Shown here: positions 38,441 to 47,607 of the stretch, piece by piece
Numbering within the stretch: the stretch's first letter is position 1
Layout: each line of letters opens with the position of its first letter
Position numbers and translations under genes: made by a program
The notes under the pieces: generated by a model
Told to the model about the DNA's origin: nothing
What the model saw: only the letters and a program-made list of their open reading frames with translations
Database searches by the model: none
Source of the DNA: Candidatus Firestoneibacteriota bacterium
GTDB lineage: Bacteria > Oederibacteriota > D2-FULL-39-29
DNA length: 64,000 nt
Assembly (NCBI GenBank): GCA_026388015.1
Contig: JAPLKO010000053.1
Location: 7,352-71,351 of the forward strand
Direction: 5' to 3'

Positions 38441-39760
38441 ATGAGCGCAAAATTTAAAATTAATATCGCTTTTGTTTTCCTCTTTTGTTTTCTTTTCGTT
38501 TTTACCTCCCTGCACCTGTATGCTCAAGAAACAGAAAAAGTAGTTTACAAGTTTAAGTCTACAAACAGGATGGAGCTTGATAAGCTTTTGGCAAAATATA
38601 AAGACAAACCTTGGGAAATTAAGGCTATTTTTGAAAATGATGACGGGCATATCGGTACTTTCGGAGTTGGAGATAGGATAAGAGAAAAACCGGGCGACGG
38701 CTTTTTGCGTTTTAGTATTGGGCCGGTCGGTCTTGACGGTGAGGGATATTTTGTTCAGACAAAAAAATTATCCAATTTCTTGAAAGTTGTTGCTGTCATG
38801 TGTCTTATGGATAAGGGCAAAGTTGTAGAGAAAGTACCACTTACTATCGACTATTGTTGAACGGGCCTTTCCCCGTACGCCGTGCGCGTACCCTCAAACT
38901 TCCCTCCGGGGCGGCACCGGATATCAGTAACCTATAAAGGCAAAGAGGTAAAGGTGCCTGAACGTCATTTTACTTTTGATGTAGAAAATCCTAACTATGG
39001 AAAATCACAGGTAGATTCTGATACTCAATCGCTTCAGAGAAAGCATGCCGGAGCTGTTGTTGAAGTATTTCAGCAGGGGCAGGATTGTACTTCTTTGCCT
39101 GTTAAAAAGTATGAAGGGTGTAAGGATGTTTGGATTAACTCTTTAGGTCTTAACCACGGAAAGAGTATTTATCTTAAAGTCGGGAAGTATAGTGTCGACA
39201 TGAAATCTTTAATCAAATATGATCTCTCCAAACTTCCTAAAAATGCAAAAATAGAGGGCGCATATCTAAAAATGTATTCATTCAATATTTCCTACGCAAA
39301 GGATATGCCGGTTTACCGGATGCTTTCGTCCTGGGGGGCCGGGACCGGGAGCGACTCTATTGTGTTGGATAATCTTGTTTATGAATATGAAAAAGTGAAA
39401 TTTGGAACTGTCCCGAAGGAAGGTGAGTGCAGCTGGACGTACTCTGAAAAACCGGAAAAATGGGAAGGGGTCGGAGTTTCTAAAACCGGAGAAGACCGTG
39501 AAGGTGCGGCGTTGGATAGGGCGCGTGAAATTCCGGAAAAAACAAAAATAGCAGTAAAGGATGAGGCGAGGGGCTGGGTATCTTGGGATGTTACAAAAGC
39601 TGCAAAAGAATGGGTTTCCGATCCGGAGAATAATTTTGGTGTACTTTTAGAAAAAAAACTTGAGGGAAAAGATGTATATACTCAATTCTTATCTTCTGAT
39701 CATTATGATAAACCGTTCCGTCCGAAACTTATAATATTCTATAAGACCGATAAAAAATAG
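38441..39760 (+). CDS. Secreted protein with an N-terminal domain and a DNRLRE-type C-terminal domain. It is encoded by two collinear ORFs joined by a single in-frame TGA at 38858-38860, making it a candidate selenoprotein (...DYC-U-TGLSPY...) or else a nonsense-disrupted gene.
   Basis: ORFs 38441..38860 and 38882..39760 share a frame and only the TGA separates them. The signal peptide is on the first ORF only. No RBS precedes the second ORF. A SECIS-like hairpin lies at 38875-38891. The second half shows DNRLRE-domain-like blocks (IKYDLSKLPKNAKIEGAYLKMYSF; WVSDPENNFGVLLE). Confidence 0.45.
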
Positions 39761-40124
39761 ATAAAGAACTACCTGGGATAATTCCTGTAGAACTGAAAGC
39801 CGAACCGTCCCCGCCTGTGTTTCCCTTCAATGAACTCTCTAATGTTTTAACTATAGATGCCTTTTTCTCTTGTTCTGGCAGGTATTTACTGAAACACCGC
39901 TCTGTTTTACTATTTATTCAGCTATTTTCCCTCAGCCTGCCATAATATATCAGCCTTATTATCATACAAATTTGATTTGTTGTTTTTGTCGCTCTTGGTA
40001 TTGTATAATTGTTATAATATTTTACCGGGTTTTGGGACAGGTCTAAGTGATTGTGGACACCGCTAATACGTCAGATAATTCAATAGAAACCAATAAATAT
40101 TTCCTGAAAATTGGAGTTGTTTGA

Positions 40125-41702
40125 ATGAAGATAAAAGTCAATCTATCAAAGCGCAAACGGATAATGCAACGGTCAAAAAAGCTCGGGCATTGTATTTGTG
40201 ACCCGAAAAAGCATTGTCCTTGTGATGTCTTTATGAAAAAAGGGCTTTGTCCCTGCGCGGGTGAACGTCCGGAGCCGACCGATATTTCCAATATTCAGCT
40301 TACCAAACTTGTACATAATGCAGGCTGTGCTTCAAAAATTCCTGCTTCAGACCTTGAAGCTCTTCTTGCAAGGTTACCTGTAGTTTCTGATTCGGCTATT
40401 ATTTCAGGGCTGGCGGCAGGTGATGATGCGGCTGTCTATAAAATAAACGACACAACAAATCTTGTTCAGACCGTAGATGTATTTACCCCCTGTGTTGATG
40501 ATCCGTATGCTTTCGGAAAAATCTGCGCCTGTAACTGCCTTTCGGATATATACGCAATGGGTGGAGTGCCCCGTACGGCTTTAAGTATTCTGGCTTTTCC
40601 GGTTGAAACTCAGGATAAAGAGATAATGTACTTGATGCTAAAAGGCGCTATGGAAGTGCTGCAGGAGGCCGGATGCAGTTTGCTCGGCGGCCACAGTATA
40701 AAAGATGAGGAGATAAAACTTGGTTTTGCAATTACAGGTACTATTGATACGGGAAAATCGGTATCTCTTGAAACAGCAGTTGATGGCGACGTGTTGGTGC
40801 TGACCAAACCTATAGGAACAGGCGTGTTAACATTTGCAAATCAGATAGAGCGCAAAAATGAAAGAGGAGTTGCAGCGGCGGAAATTTCAATGATGACTCT
40901 AAATAAAGCGGCTGCGGAGGCTATGATTGCAACCGGAGTTTCGGCCTGTACGGATATAACCGGGTTTGGTTTGTACGGGCACCTGGCTCGCATGATGCGC
41001 CATTCAAAAACTTCGGCAAGAATATTTACAAACACTCTGCCTGTTTTTGAAGGGGCACTTGAACTTTTAAAGGAAGGGGTGATTCCCGGGGCGAACGAAA
41101 GAAATGCCGAGTTCGTCGGGGAAGATCTTCTTGCCGGAAAAACTGTCAGTGAAGAGTATAAAAATATCGGATTTTCTTCCGAAACATCAGGCGGGTTGCT
41201 TATCTCAGTGCCTGAAAATAAATATAAAACCCTTGCAGCTGAACTAAAAGAGCGTAATGTTACTTTTGCTGTTATCGGAGAGGTCTTTTCCGGCAAGCCG
41301 GGAGTTATAAAACTTGATAATATCAAAGGCAAAGGAGAAGAGATGAAACATCAAAAAAAAGAGGAAAAAGGTTGTTGCTGTTCGGAGTCTGATTGCGCAG
41401 AGGCCGGAATGAGCGCCGGAGGAACGAGTACGGTTCCTGCCTCCATAAAAGCATTTGGCGAGCTTCTTGCTTCTGTAACTGCAACTGGGAAAATTGATAA
41501 ACGCGTAAAAGAGCTGATTGTTTTTTCTCTTGTGGTTCTACAGCGCTGTGAGTCCTGTGTTGATTTGCATTATACAAAAGCCCTCGGTATGGGTATCACA
41601 AAAGAAGAGCTTGACGAGGCTGCCTGGTGCGCTATTTTGATCGGCGGCGCTCCTGTAAAAATGTGCTATGCGACTTTTTTGAGCAAACGTAACAGCAAAT
41701 AG
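40125..41702 (+). CDS. selD: Selenide, water dikinase (selenophosphate synthetase, Cys type) with an N-terminal Cys-rich extension and a C-terminal AhpD/CMD-like CxxCxxxH domain
   Basis: SelD core: LVHNAGCASKIP aligns with the E. coli HGAGCGCKISP region, on an AIR-synthase-like fold. N-terminal extension HCICDPKKHCPCDVFMKKGLCPCAG. C-terminal about 125 aa carry CESCVDLH, the AhpD-type CxxCxxxH. Confidence 0.8.
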   Translation: MKIKVNLSKRKRIMQRSKKLGHCICDPKKHCPCDVFMKKGLCPCAGERPEPTDISNIQLTKLVHNAGCASKIPASDLEALLARLPVVSDSAIISGLAAGDDAAVYKINDTTNLVQTVDVFTPCVDDPYAFGKICACNCLSDIYAMGGVPRTALSILAFPVETQDKEIMYLMLKGAMEVLQEAGCSLLGGHSIKDEEIKLGFAITGTIDTGKSVSLETAVDGDVLVLTKPIGTGVLTFANQIERKNERGVAAAEISMMTLNKAAAEAMIATGVSACTDITGFGLYGHLARMMRHSKTSARIFTNTLPVFEGALELLKEGVIPGANERNAEFVGEDLLAGKTVSEEYKNIGFSSETSGGLLISVPENKYKTLAAELKERNVTFAVIGEVFSGKPGVIKLDNIKGKGEEMKHQKKEEKGCCCSESDCAEAGMSAGGTSTVPASIKAFGELLASVTATGKIDKRVKELIVFSLVVLQRCESCVDLHYTKALGMGITKEELDEAAWCAILIGGAPVKMCYATFLSKRNSK

Positions 41703-41714
41703 GAGAAGAGTTTA

Positions 41715-42947
41715 ATGCCGGAATGTAAAAAGAATAAATGTTGCGCCGACATAAAAAAAGATGAGACTGCCGATTGTCCTATAAATTATTTCCAGAACCA
41801 GGTGGAGAATTCACTGGATTATGCAGAGTCTATGAAAGCTGAAGGAGCCAAAATTGTCGGTATTATGTGTGAATACACTCCGCGTGAGTTAATCATGGCG
41901 GCAGGGGGTGTGCCGGTGTGTCTTTGCGGAGGTTCAGTCGAGATGGTTGAGCCGGCGGAAAAGGTTTTGCCTGCGAATCTATGCCCTTTAATAAAATCCA
42001 CGTTTGGCTTTAGTCTTTTGAAAGAAAACCCTTTTCTGGAAATGTCAGATCTTCTTGTTGCCGAAATCACTTGTGACGGGAAGAAAAAGATGTATGAACT
42101 TTTAGCAAAGATGCATCCTTTGCACGTGCTTGAACTTCCGCAAAAACCGGAGGATAAAGACGCTTTCAAGCACTGGGTGGCGGAACTTAACAAATTGAAA
42201 ACCGCACTGGAACAAAGATTTTCTGTTAAAATCACTGCTAAAAAATTAAAAGAAGCTGTCCGGGTTATGAACAGGGAAAGAAAATTAAAACGAGAACTGG
42301 CAGCTCTTATGAAATCCGATAATCCGCCGCTTACGGGCCGTGAACTTCTTGATATGAAAAGTTTGATCTCCGGAATGCCCGAGGATTTTAAGCAGTATGA
42401 GAAAGCCTTGAAAATGCTTCCGGGTAGAAAGATTAAACCTGCCGCGGGCAAAAGAGTAAGAGTGCTTTTGACCGGAGTCCCTATGCCTCATGGAGCGGAG
42501 AGGGTTATGGATATCCTTGAAGAAAACGGCGGGCTGGTGGTTTGCCAGGAAAACTGTACCGGGTTAAAACCGATTTTAGAGGATGTCAAAGAGAATACGG
42601 GGGATCTCCTTACAGCAATTGCCAAAAAATATTTTAATATACCCTGTTCTGTTATGACGCCGAACAAGAAAAGACTTGTTCAAATCAAACAGCTTGCGGC
42701 AGAATATAAAGCTGATTGCGTTATTGAAGTTATCTGGCGCACCTGTATAACTTATGATGTGGAGTCTGTGCTGGTCAAAAAAATGACGGAAGAGGAGTTA
42801 AACCTCCCATATTTAAAAATTGAAACTGATTACTCGCCTTCTGACACTGCCCGTATAGCGCTAAGAGTGCAGGCATTATATGAGACTGTCAAAGGCAGAA
42901 AGAGTTCCGGAAGATTTGAAAAGAAAAAAACAAGAAAGGGAAGATAA
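41715..42947 (+). CDS. HgdB/BcrC-family protein (2-hydroxyacyl-CoA dehydratase-like / double-cubane-cluster protein type)
   Basis: Cys-rich N-terminus. About 410 aa. It is translationally coupled to a BadF/BadG/BcrA/BcrD-type activase downstream. The family call is by architecture and memory. Confidence 0.55.
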   Translation: MPECKKNKCCADIKKDETADCPINYFQNQVENSLDYAESMKAEGAKIVGIMCEYTPRELIMAAGGVPVCLCGGSVEMVEPAEKVLPANLCPLIKSTFGFSLLKENPFLEMSDLLVAEITCDGKKKMYELLAKMHPLHVLELPQKPEDKDAFKHWVAELNKLKTALEQRFSVKITAKKLKEAVRVMNRERKLKRELAALMKSDNPPLTGRELLDMKSLISGMPEDFKQYEKALKMLPGRKIKPAAGKRVRVLLTGVPMPHGAERVMDILEENGGLVVCQENCTGLKPILEDVKENTGDLLTAIAKKYFNIPCSVMTPNKKRLVQIKQLAAEYKADCVIEVIWRTCITYDVESVLVKKMTEEELNLPYLKIETDYSPSDTARIALRVQALYETVKGRKSSGRFEKKKTRKGR

Positions 42948-43723
42948 TGTATTTTGCCGGAGTGGATGCGGGATCCCGCACTATAAAAGTGGTAATTATT
43001 AAAGGGTCTGATTTAACCGTTTCCGGTTTCGGTATTGTTGATCAAGGGGTAAGACAGGCAGTTAAAGCAAAGGAGCTCCTTGATAAAGTAATCCGTAACT
43101 CAAAAATAAAAATTAAAGATATCGGAGGAATTGTTGCCACGGGTTACGGAAGGAACGCTTTAAGCTGGGCGGACAGTAAAGTAACCGAGATCACCTGTCA
43201 GGCGTATGGAGTAAAGCAGGAAATACCCAATGCTCGTATGATAATTGACATCGGTGGACAAGATAGTAAAATAATTCATCTGGACTCAAATGGTATCGTC
43301 AACGATTTTGTTATGAATGACAGGTGCGCAGCCGGAACAGGCCGTTTTCTTGAAGTTGTTGCGGATAGGCTTGAAATAAAACTTAAGGATATCGGCAGAT
43401 ATTCGGATAAAGCCGCATCTCCTTCGAAAATAAGCAGTATGTGTGTAGTTTTTGCTGAAGCCGAAATAGTGGGCCTTCTTGCTGCTGAAGAAGCCCCGGA
43501 AAATATTTTGGCCGGGGTTCAAAACTCTATTGCAAAACGTATATGCATTATGGCCGGTTCAGGTTTTAAAGGGCCGGTTGTTTTTACCGGAGGCGTTGCG
43601 CTTCTTCCCGGCATGAAAAAAGCGCTTCAGGACTGTTTGGAGCATTCTATAAACGTTGTAAAGACTCCGCAATTTACCGGAGCTTTTGGCGCGGCCTTGC
43701 TGGCGGCAAAAGATAAATATTAA
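42947..43723 (+). CDS. BadF/BadG/BcrA/BcrD-family ATPase (HgdC-like activase / CoA-substrate-specific enzyme activase)
   Basis: N-terminal YFAGVDAGSRTIKVVII actin-fold phosphate-1 motif. Length is 258 aa. Its start overlaps the upstream stop (TAATG). Confidence 0.7.
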   Translation: MYFAGVDAGSRTIKVVIIKGSDLTVSGFGIVDQGVRQAVKAKELLDKVIRNSKIKIKDIGGIVATGYGRNALSWADSKVTEITCQAYGVKQEIPNARMIIDIGGQDSKIIHLDSNGIVNDFVMNDRCAAGTGRFLEVVADRLEIKLKDIGRYSDKAASPSKISSMCVVFAEAEIVGLLAAEEAPENILAGVQNSIAKRICIMAGSGFKGPVVFTGGVALLPGMKKALQDCLEHSINVVKTPQFTGAFGAALLAAKDKY

Positions 43724-43831
43724 GCAGTTAATAAAAAATAGTATATAATATATCTGTTATCATAGAAAAAGCCTTGTTGTAATTTAAGCAATTGTGAAAT
43801 ATTTCTAAATAGATTATTAGGGAGGTGTTTA

Positions 43832-45316
43832 GTGCCTGGTGACGCTCGCAGTCTTCAAAACTGTCGCGGGACTGATAAGGTTCCGGGTGGGTTCAATTCC
43901 CATACACCTCCGCCAATTTCAGAGTTACTGAAAAAGATCCCTTCCGTTTCGCTGCTTTTGGAAACATTGGAACTCCAAAAGTTGTCAAAAAGATTCGGCG
44001 GCGAGATACTTAAATCGGAGCTTCGCCTGCTTCTTGAAGAGTTAAGGAATAAGATTAAAAACGGTAAAAGCTGCGGTATTCCGGAAATAAATAAAATAAC
44101 GGAACAGCTCGAGACCCGCCTGACACGTTTTACCTCTCCCGAAGGAAGAAGAGCTATTAATGCTACAGGAATACTACTCCATACGGGACTTGGTCGTTCA
44201 CCTTTATGCAGTGAAGCCCTCGAAGCGCTTGCAGGAATGGGGACGTACTCTCTTTTACAAGCTGACCTTGCGTCGGGAAAACGCTCGTTGCGCGAGGAAA
44301 AAATAGAAAGGATGCTTATCCGGCTGACCGGATGTGAAGCCGCAACCGTAGTAAATAATAATGCGGCGGCTACCATGCTCATTTTAAATACCTTAGCGGC
44401 CGGAAAAAAAGTTATTTTAAGCCGGGGCCAGCTTATTGAAATAGGCGGAGAGTTCCGCATGCCGGATGTGATGGCGAGAAGTTCCGTCATTATGCAGGAG
44501 ATCGGGACCACTAACCGGACGCACCTTAAGGATTACGAGAAGGCTATTGATGAAAATACGGGCGCTCTTTTACACGTGCATACTTCGAATTTCCGTGTAC
44601 GGGGCTTTTCCGGAACTCCGGACATTAAAGAACTTTGCAGTTTAGCAAAAAAATATAATCTTCCGGTAATTGACGATTTAGGGAGCGGAGCTCTGGTACC
44701 GCTTTCAAGATACGGCATTACAGATGAGCCTCTGGTTTCTGATTCGATAAAGGCCGGGAGTTCCGTAATATGTTTTAGCGGAGATAAGCTTATCAACGGA
44801 CCCCAGGCCGGAATAATTTGCGGGAAAAAAGAGTTTATTCAAAACATCAGAAAAAATCCGTTTGCCCGGATGTTTCGTGTTTGTAAGCTTACGCTTGCGG
44901 CGCTCGAGGCAACACTTGTGCATTTTGTAAACGATACACAGGGTGAAGCGCTTCCATTTTATAAGATGTTGACGATCTCTGCTCAAAATCTCGAGAAAAA
45001 AGCAAAACTGCTTGCTGATTTGGCCGGAAAGATTAAAGGGGTTAAAGCAAAAATAATAGATGATGTGTCTTATGTCGGCAGCGGTTCACTCCCGGATGAA
45101 GGAATACCGACGAAGGTTGTGTGTGTCAGCTTTGATAACGCAAACAAAAGTAAAAAGAGTATAGAAGAAATTGCAATATGCCTGAGGCTCGGAGTTCCGT
45201 CGGTTTTTTGCAGAGTAAAAGATGATGCGCTGTATTTTGATATGCGGACGTTATTTGACAAAGAGGAGAGGGAAATAGCAGAAGCATTAAGCAGTGTTAT
45301 GAAGGGTTGCTCCTGA
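43832..45316 (+). CDS. selA: L-seryl-tRNA(Sec) selenium transferase, with a GTG start
   Basis: PLP-lysine region CFSGDKLINGPQAGIICGKKEF. N-terminal INATGILLHTGLGRS. Confidence 0.85.
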   Translation: MPGDARSLQNCRGTDKVPGGFNSHTPPPISELLKKIPSVSLLLETLELQKLSKRFGGEILKSELRLLLEELRNKIKNGKSCGIPEINKITEQLETRLTRFTSPEGRRAINATGILLHTGLGRSPLCSEALEALAGMGTYSLLQADLASGKRSLREEKIERMLIRLTGCEAATVVNNNAAATMLILNTLAAGKKVILSRGQLIEIGGEFRMPDVMARSSVIMQEIGTTNRTHLKDYEKAIDENTGALLHVHTSNFRVRGFSGTPDIKELCSLAKKYNLPVIDDLGSGALVPLSRYGITDEPLVSDSIKAGSSVICFSGDKLINGPQAGIICGKKEFIQNIRKNPFARMFRVCKLTLAALEATLVHFVNDTQGEALPFYKMLTISAQNLEKKAKLLADLAGKIKGVKAKIIDDVSYVGSGSLPDEGIPTKVVCVSFDNANKSKKSIEEIAICLRLGVPSVFCRVKDDALYFDMRTLFDKEEREIAEALSSVMKGCS

Positions 45317-47247
45317 TGCCGGAGTATAAAATCAAAACCCCGGAAATTATACCGGTTATGATAGGTACAGCCGGTCATGTTGATCACGGTAAAACAGCTC
45401 TTGTTCGACTGCTTACGGGTTGCGAGACGGATATCCTGCCGGAAGAAAAAAAAAGAGGAATGAGCATAGACTTGGGGTTCGCGCCGTTTTTGCTGGACGA
45501 TAACAGGATGGCGGGGATTATCGATGTGCCCGGTCATGAAGATTTTATCAGGAACATGATTGCTGGCGCCTCATCCATAGATGTTCTTATTCTTATTATT
45601 GCGGCGGATGACGGGGTGATGCCCCAGACGATAGAACACCTGAAGATAATGAGCTTGCTTCAAACTCCTGAGGTTATGGCCGTAATTACCAAGATAGATA
45701 TAGTGGGTAAAGAGCGGCAGCAGGAAGTAAGTAACCAGGTTCATGAATTACTCAAAGAGTACGGTTTTTCCGGAGTTCCTGTTATTTTGGAATCGAATAT
45801 AACGGGGGAGGGGCTCGGAGAGGTCAGAGAAGAGGTAAATAAGCTGGTGTGCCGTATTCAGCGTCCAAAGGAGACAAAACCTTTCAGGATGAATATCGAA
45901 AGAGTTTTTTCGGTGAAAGGTTACGGTACGGTGGTTACGGGTATTCCTCTTTCAGGAAAATGCGTTATAGATGAGGAACTGGAGCTCTTGCCGGGTCCTC
46001 ATAGCGTAATCTGCCGCTCTATCCAGAAGTACAGTGTGGATTCTTCCGATGCGACTGCTCATGCCTGCTCAGCTATTAATCTGAGAGCGGCAAAACTACC
46101 TGAGATTGAACGCGGGATGACGCTCGCTTCGACCGGAGTCTATAGGAAAACTGTTTCAGCGGTTTTAAGTATAAAAAATGTTCATGAGTCGTTGCCGCTT
46201 AAACGGCGACAGGAACTGCGTTTTTGTTGCGGGACTTCCAACAGAATAGTTTTGAGTGTGTTGCTTGGAAAAAATGAAGTTTTGTCTCCGGGAGAGAATG
46301 GTTTTATACAGATAAAACTTTCCGAACCTGTCGTTTTAGCGGCCGGCGACAGGTTTATTTTAAGAACTCTCTCTCCTTCTGCGACAGTAGCAGGAGGCGT
46401 GGTTCTTTCTGCAAATCCTCCGGAAGGGAAGAAAAAAGCAAAAGTTGACACCGTTAAACTGGAAAAGGCGCGCATAGCTGCAGAGCAAGGCGACTATTTT
46501 TTTAGTGAAATTATAGCAGGTGGTTTTTCCGTGATAAACAAAAATGAGCTTGCTTTTCTTGTTCAGGAAGACGAAGAAAGCATAAAAATTGCAATTGAGG
46601 AGAAGATTAAAGCCGGCGTACTTATACCTGCCGGTAAAACACAGTGGATTATCAAAGACCGTATAGTTGAACTTGAAGAAAAATTAAGATTCTTGTTAAC
46701 GGCATATCACAAAGAAAATAAGATTTCTCGCGGCATGCCTTTTGCCGGGGTGTGCTCTTTTTTAGGGCTGGATAAAGAAAGCTATCCGGATTTGAGTAAA
46801 ATATTTGCCGGAAGCGGAGTTCTTTCGGTGCAAAGTGACTGTGTTTCTTTGAAAAGTTTTGCCGTTGAAATGACCGCAAAACAAAAGAATATCAGGGAAA
46901 AGATTATAGGGATGCTTTCGAAAGCCGAGAACTCCGCTGTAGCGCTCAATACTATTGAAGCTGAACTTAAAGTTGATATGCCTGAACTCAGGATTGTTAT
47001 GCGTTTTTTAACAGAAGAAGGGGTGATATATACTCTGGATAAATATGTAATTTTTTCTAAGGTAGTTATTAACGCTCTGGATAAGTTAAAGGAGCATTTT
47101 AAAAACGAAAGTACGGTTGAGTTGAGCCATTTTAGGGAGCTGACCGGACTTTCCAGGAATGTAGCCGTACCTGTTCTCGAATATTTTGATTCAAAAGGTA
47201 TAACGTGTCGAGAGGGAAAAGCTCGCAGGCTTGCAAATAAGAGTTAA
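45307..47247 (+). CDS. selB: Selenocysteine-specific translation elongation factor
   Basis: GTPase G1 motif GTAGHVDHGKT and G3 motif DVPGHE. Long C-terminal winged-helix extension; 646 aa. It overlaps the selA 3' end by 10 nt. Confidence 0.88.
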   Translation: MLLMPEYKIKTPEIIPVMIGTAGHVDHGKTALVRLLTGCETDILPEEKKRGMSIDLGFAPFLLDDNRMAGIIDVPGHEDFIRNMIAGASSIDVLILIIAADDGVMPQTIEHLKIMSLLQTPEVMAVITKIDIVGKERQQEVSNQVHELLKEYGFSGVPVILESNITGEGLGEVREEVNKLVCRIQRPKETKPFRMNIERVFSVKGYGTVVTGIPLSGKCVIDEELELLPGPHSVICRSIQKYSVDSSDATAHACSAINLRAAKLPEIERGMTLASTGVYRKTVSAVLSIKNVHESLPLKRRQELRFCCGTSNRIVLSVLLGKNEVLSPGENGFIQIKLSEPVVLAAGDRFILRTLSPSATVAGGVVLSANPPEGKKKAKVDTVKLEKARIAAEQGDYFFSEIIAGGFSVINKNELAFLVQEDEESIKIAIEEKIKAGVLIPAGKTQWIIKDRIVELEEKLRFLLTAYHKENKISRGMPFAGVCSFLGLDKESYPDLSKIFAGSGVLSVQSDCVSLKSFAVEMTAKQKNIREKIIGMLSKAENSAVALNTIEAELKVDMPELRIVMRFLTEEGVIYTLDKYVIFSKVVINALDKLKEHFKNESTVELSHFRELTGLSRNVAVPVLEYFDSKGITCREGKARRLANKS

Positions 47248-47348
47248 CTTTTCAAGGTCTAAATTGCAAGTGAGCTGTTTCCGTCTTAAGAATTTCATTG
47301 CCACAGTCTAATTAATGGTGAGTACAGAAATTCAGAATGCAGTTTTTC

Positions 47349-47378
47349 TTGACAGTAAATACGTTCTTATGCTATATT
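47349..47378 (+). promoter_or_regulatory. Sigma70-like promoter: TTGACA, 18-nt spacer, TATATT
   Basis: Read directly, upstream of the ilv leader. Confidence 0.45.
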
Positions 47379-47383
47379 CTGAT

Positions 47384-47482
47384 ATGCTTACTATAAAGGA
47401 AAATAAGTTCCAACCAAAAGGAGAGTTTCTTACCTCTTTGTTTTCTTTATTGGTAGTAAGCGTTTTGGTAGTAGTGGGCTGA
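47384..47482 (+). CDS. Putative ilv attenuator leader peptide (32 aa): MLTIKENKFQPKGEFLTSLFSLLVVSVLVVVG
   Basis: Short ORF ending in a Val/Leu run, 125 nt upstream of ilvD. The stop codon is embedded in the hairpin GTGGGC-TGAC-GCCCAC. An in-frame TTG with an AAGGAGAG RBS gives a shorter alternative (FSLLVVSVLVVVG). Confidence 0.5.
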   Translation: MLTIKENKFQPKGEFLTSLFSLLVVSVLVVVG

Positions 47483-47607
47483 CGCCCACATCTAATCCTA
47501 CATAATATAATACCCCCAAAAAACAAGCAAAACCTGAATTATATTAGATATTAGCAATGGTTTTTGATATAATCTAATTTGAAGCAGACTAAATACTAGG
47601 AGGAGCT

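Noticed and set aside
39761-40124. tRNA-Sec (selC) in the intergenic regions of the sel cluster, also checked at 47248-47383
   Set aside because: No T-loop (GGTTCGA-like) or long-variable-arm tRNA structure with a UCA anticodon was found. The only tRNA in the window is the initiator tRNA at 15117-15192.
47483-47607. T-box riboswitch or clean intrinsic terminator between the ilv leader peptide and ilvD
   Set aside because: There is no AATTAGGGTGGNACCGCG-like T-box sequence. No stable hairpin followed by a U-run is found on the + strand. Only the stop-codon-spanning GTGGGC/GCCCAC hairpin is convincing.
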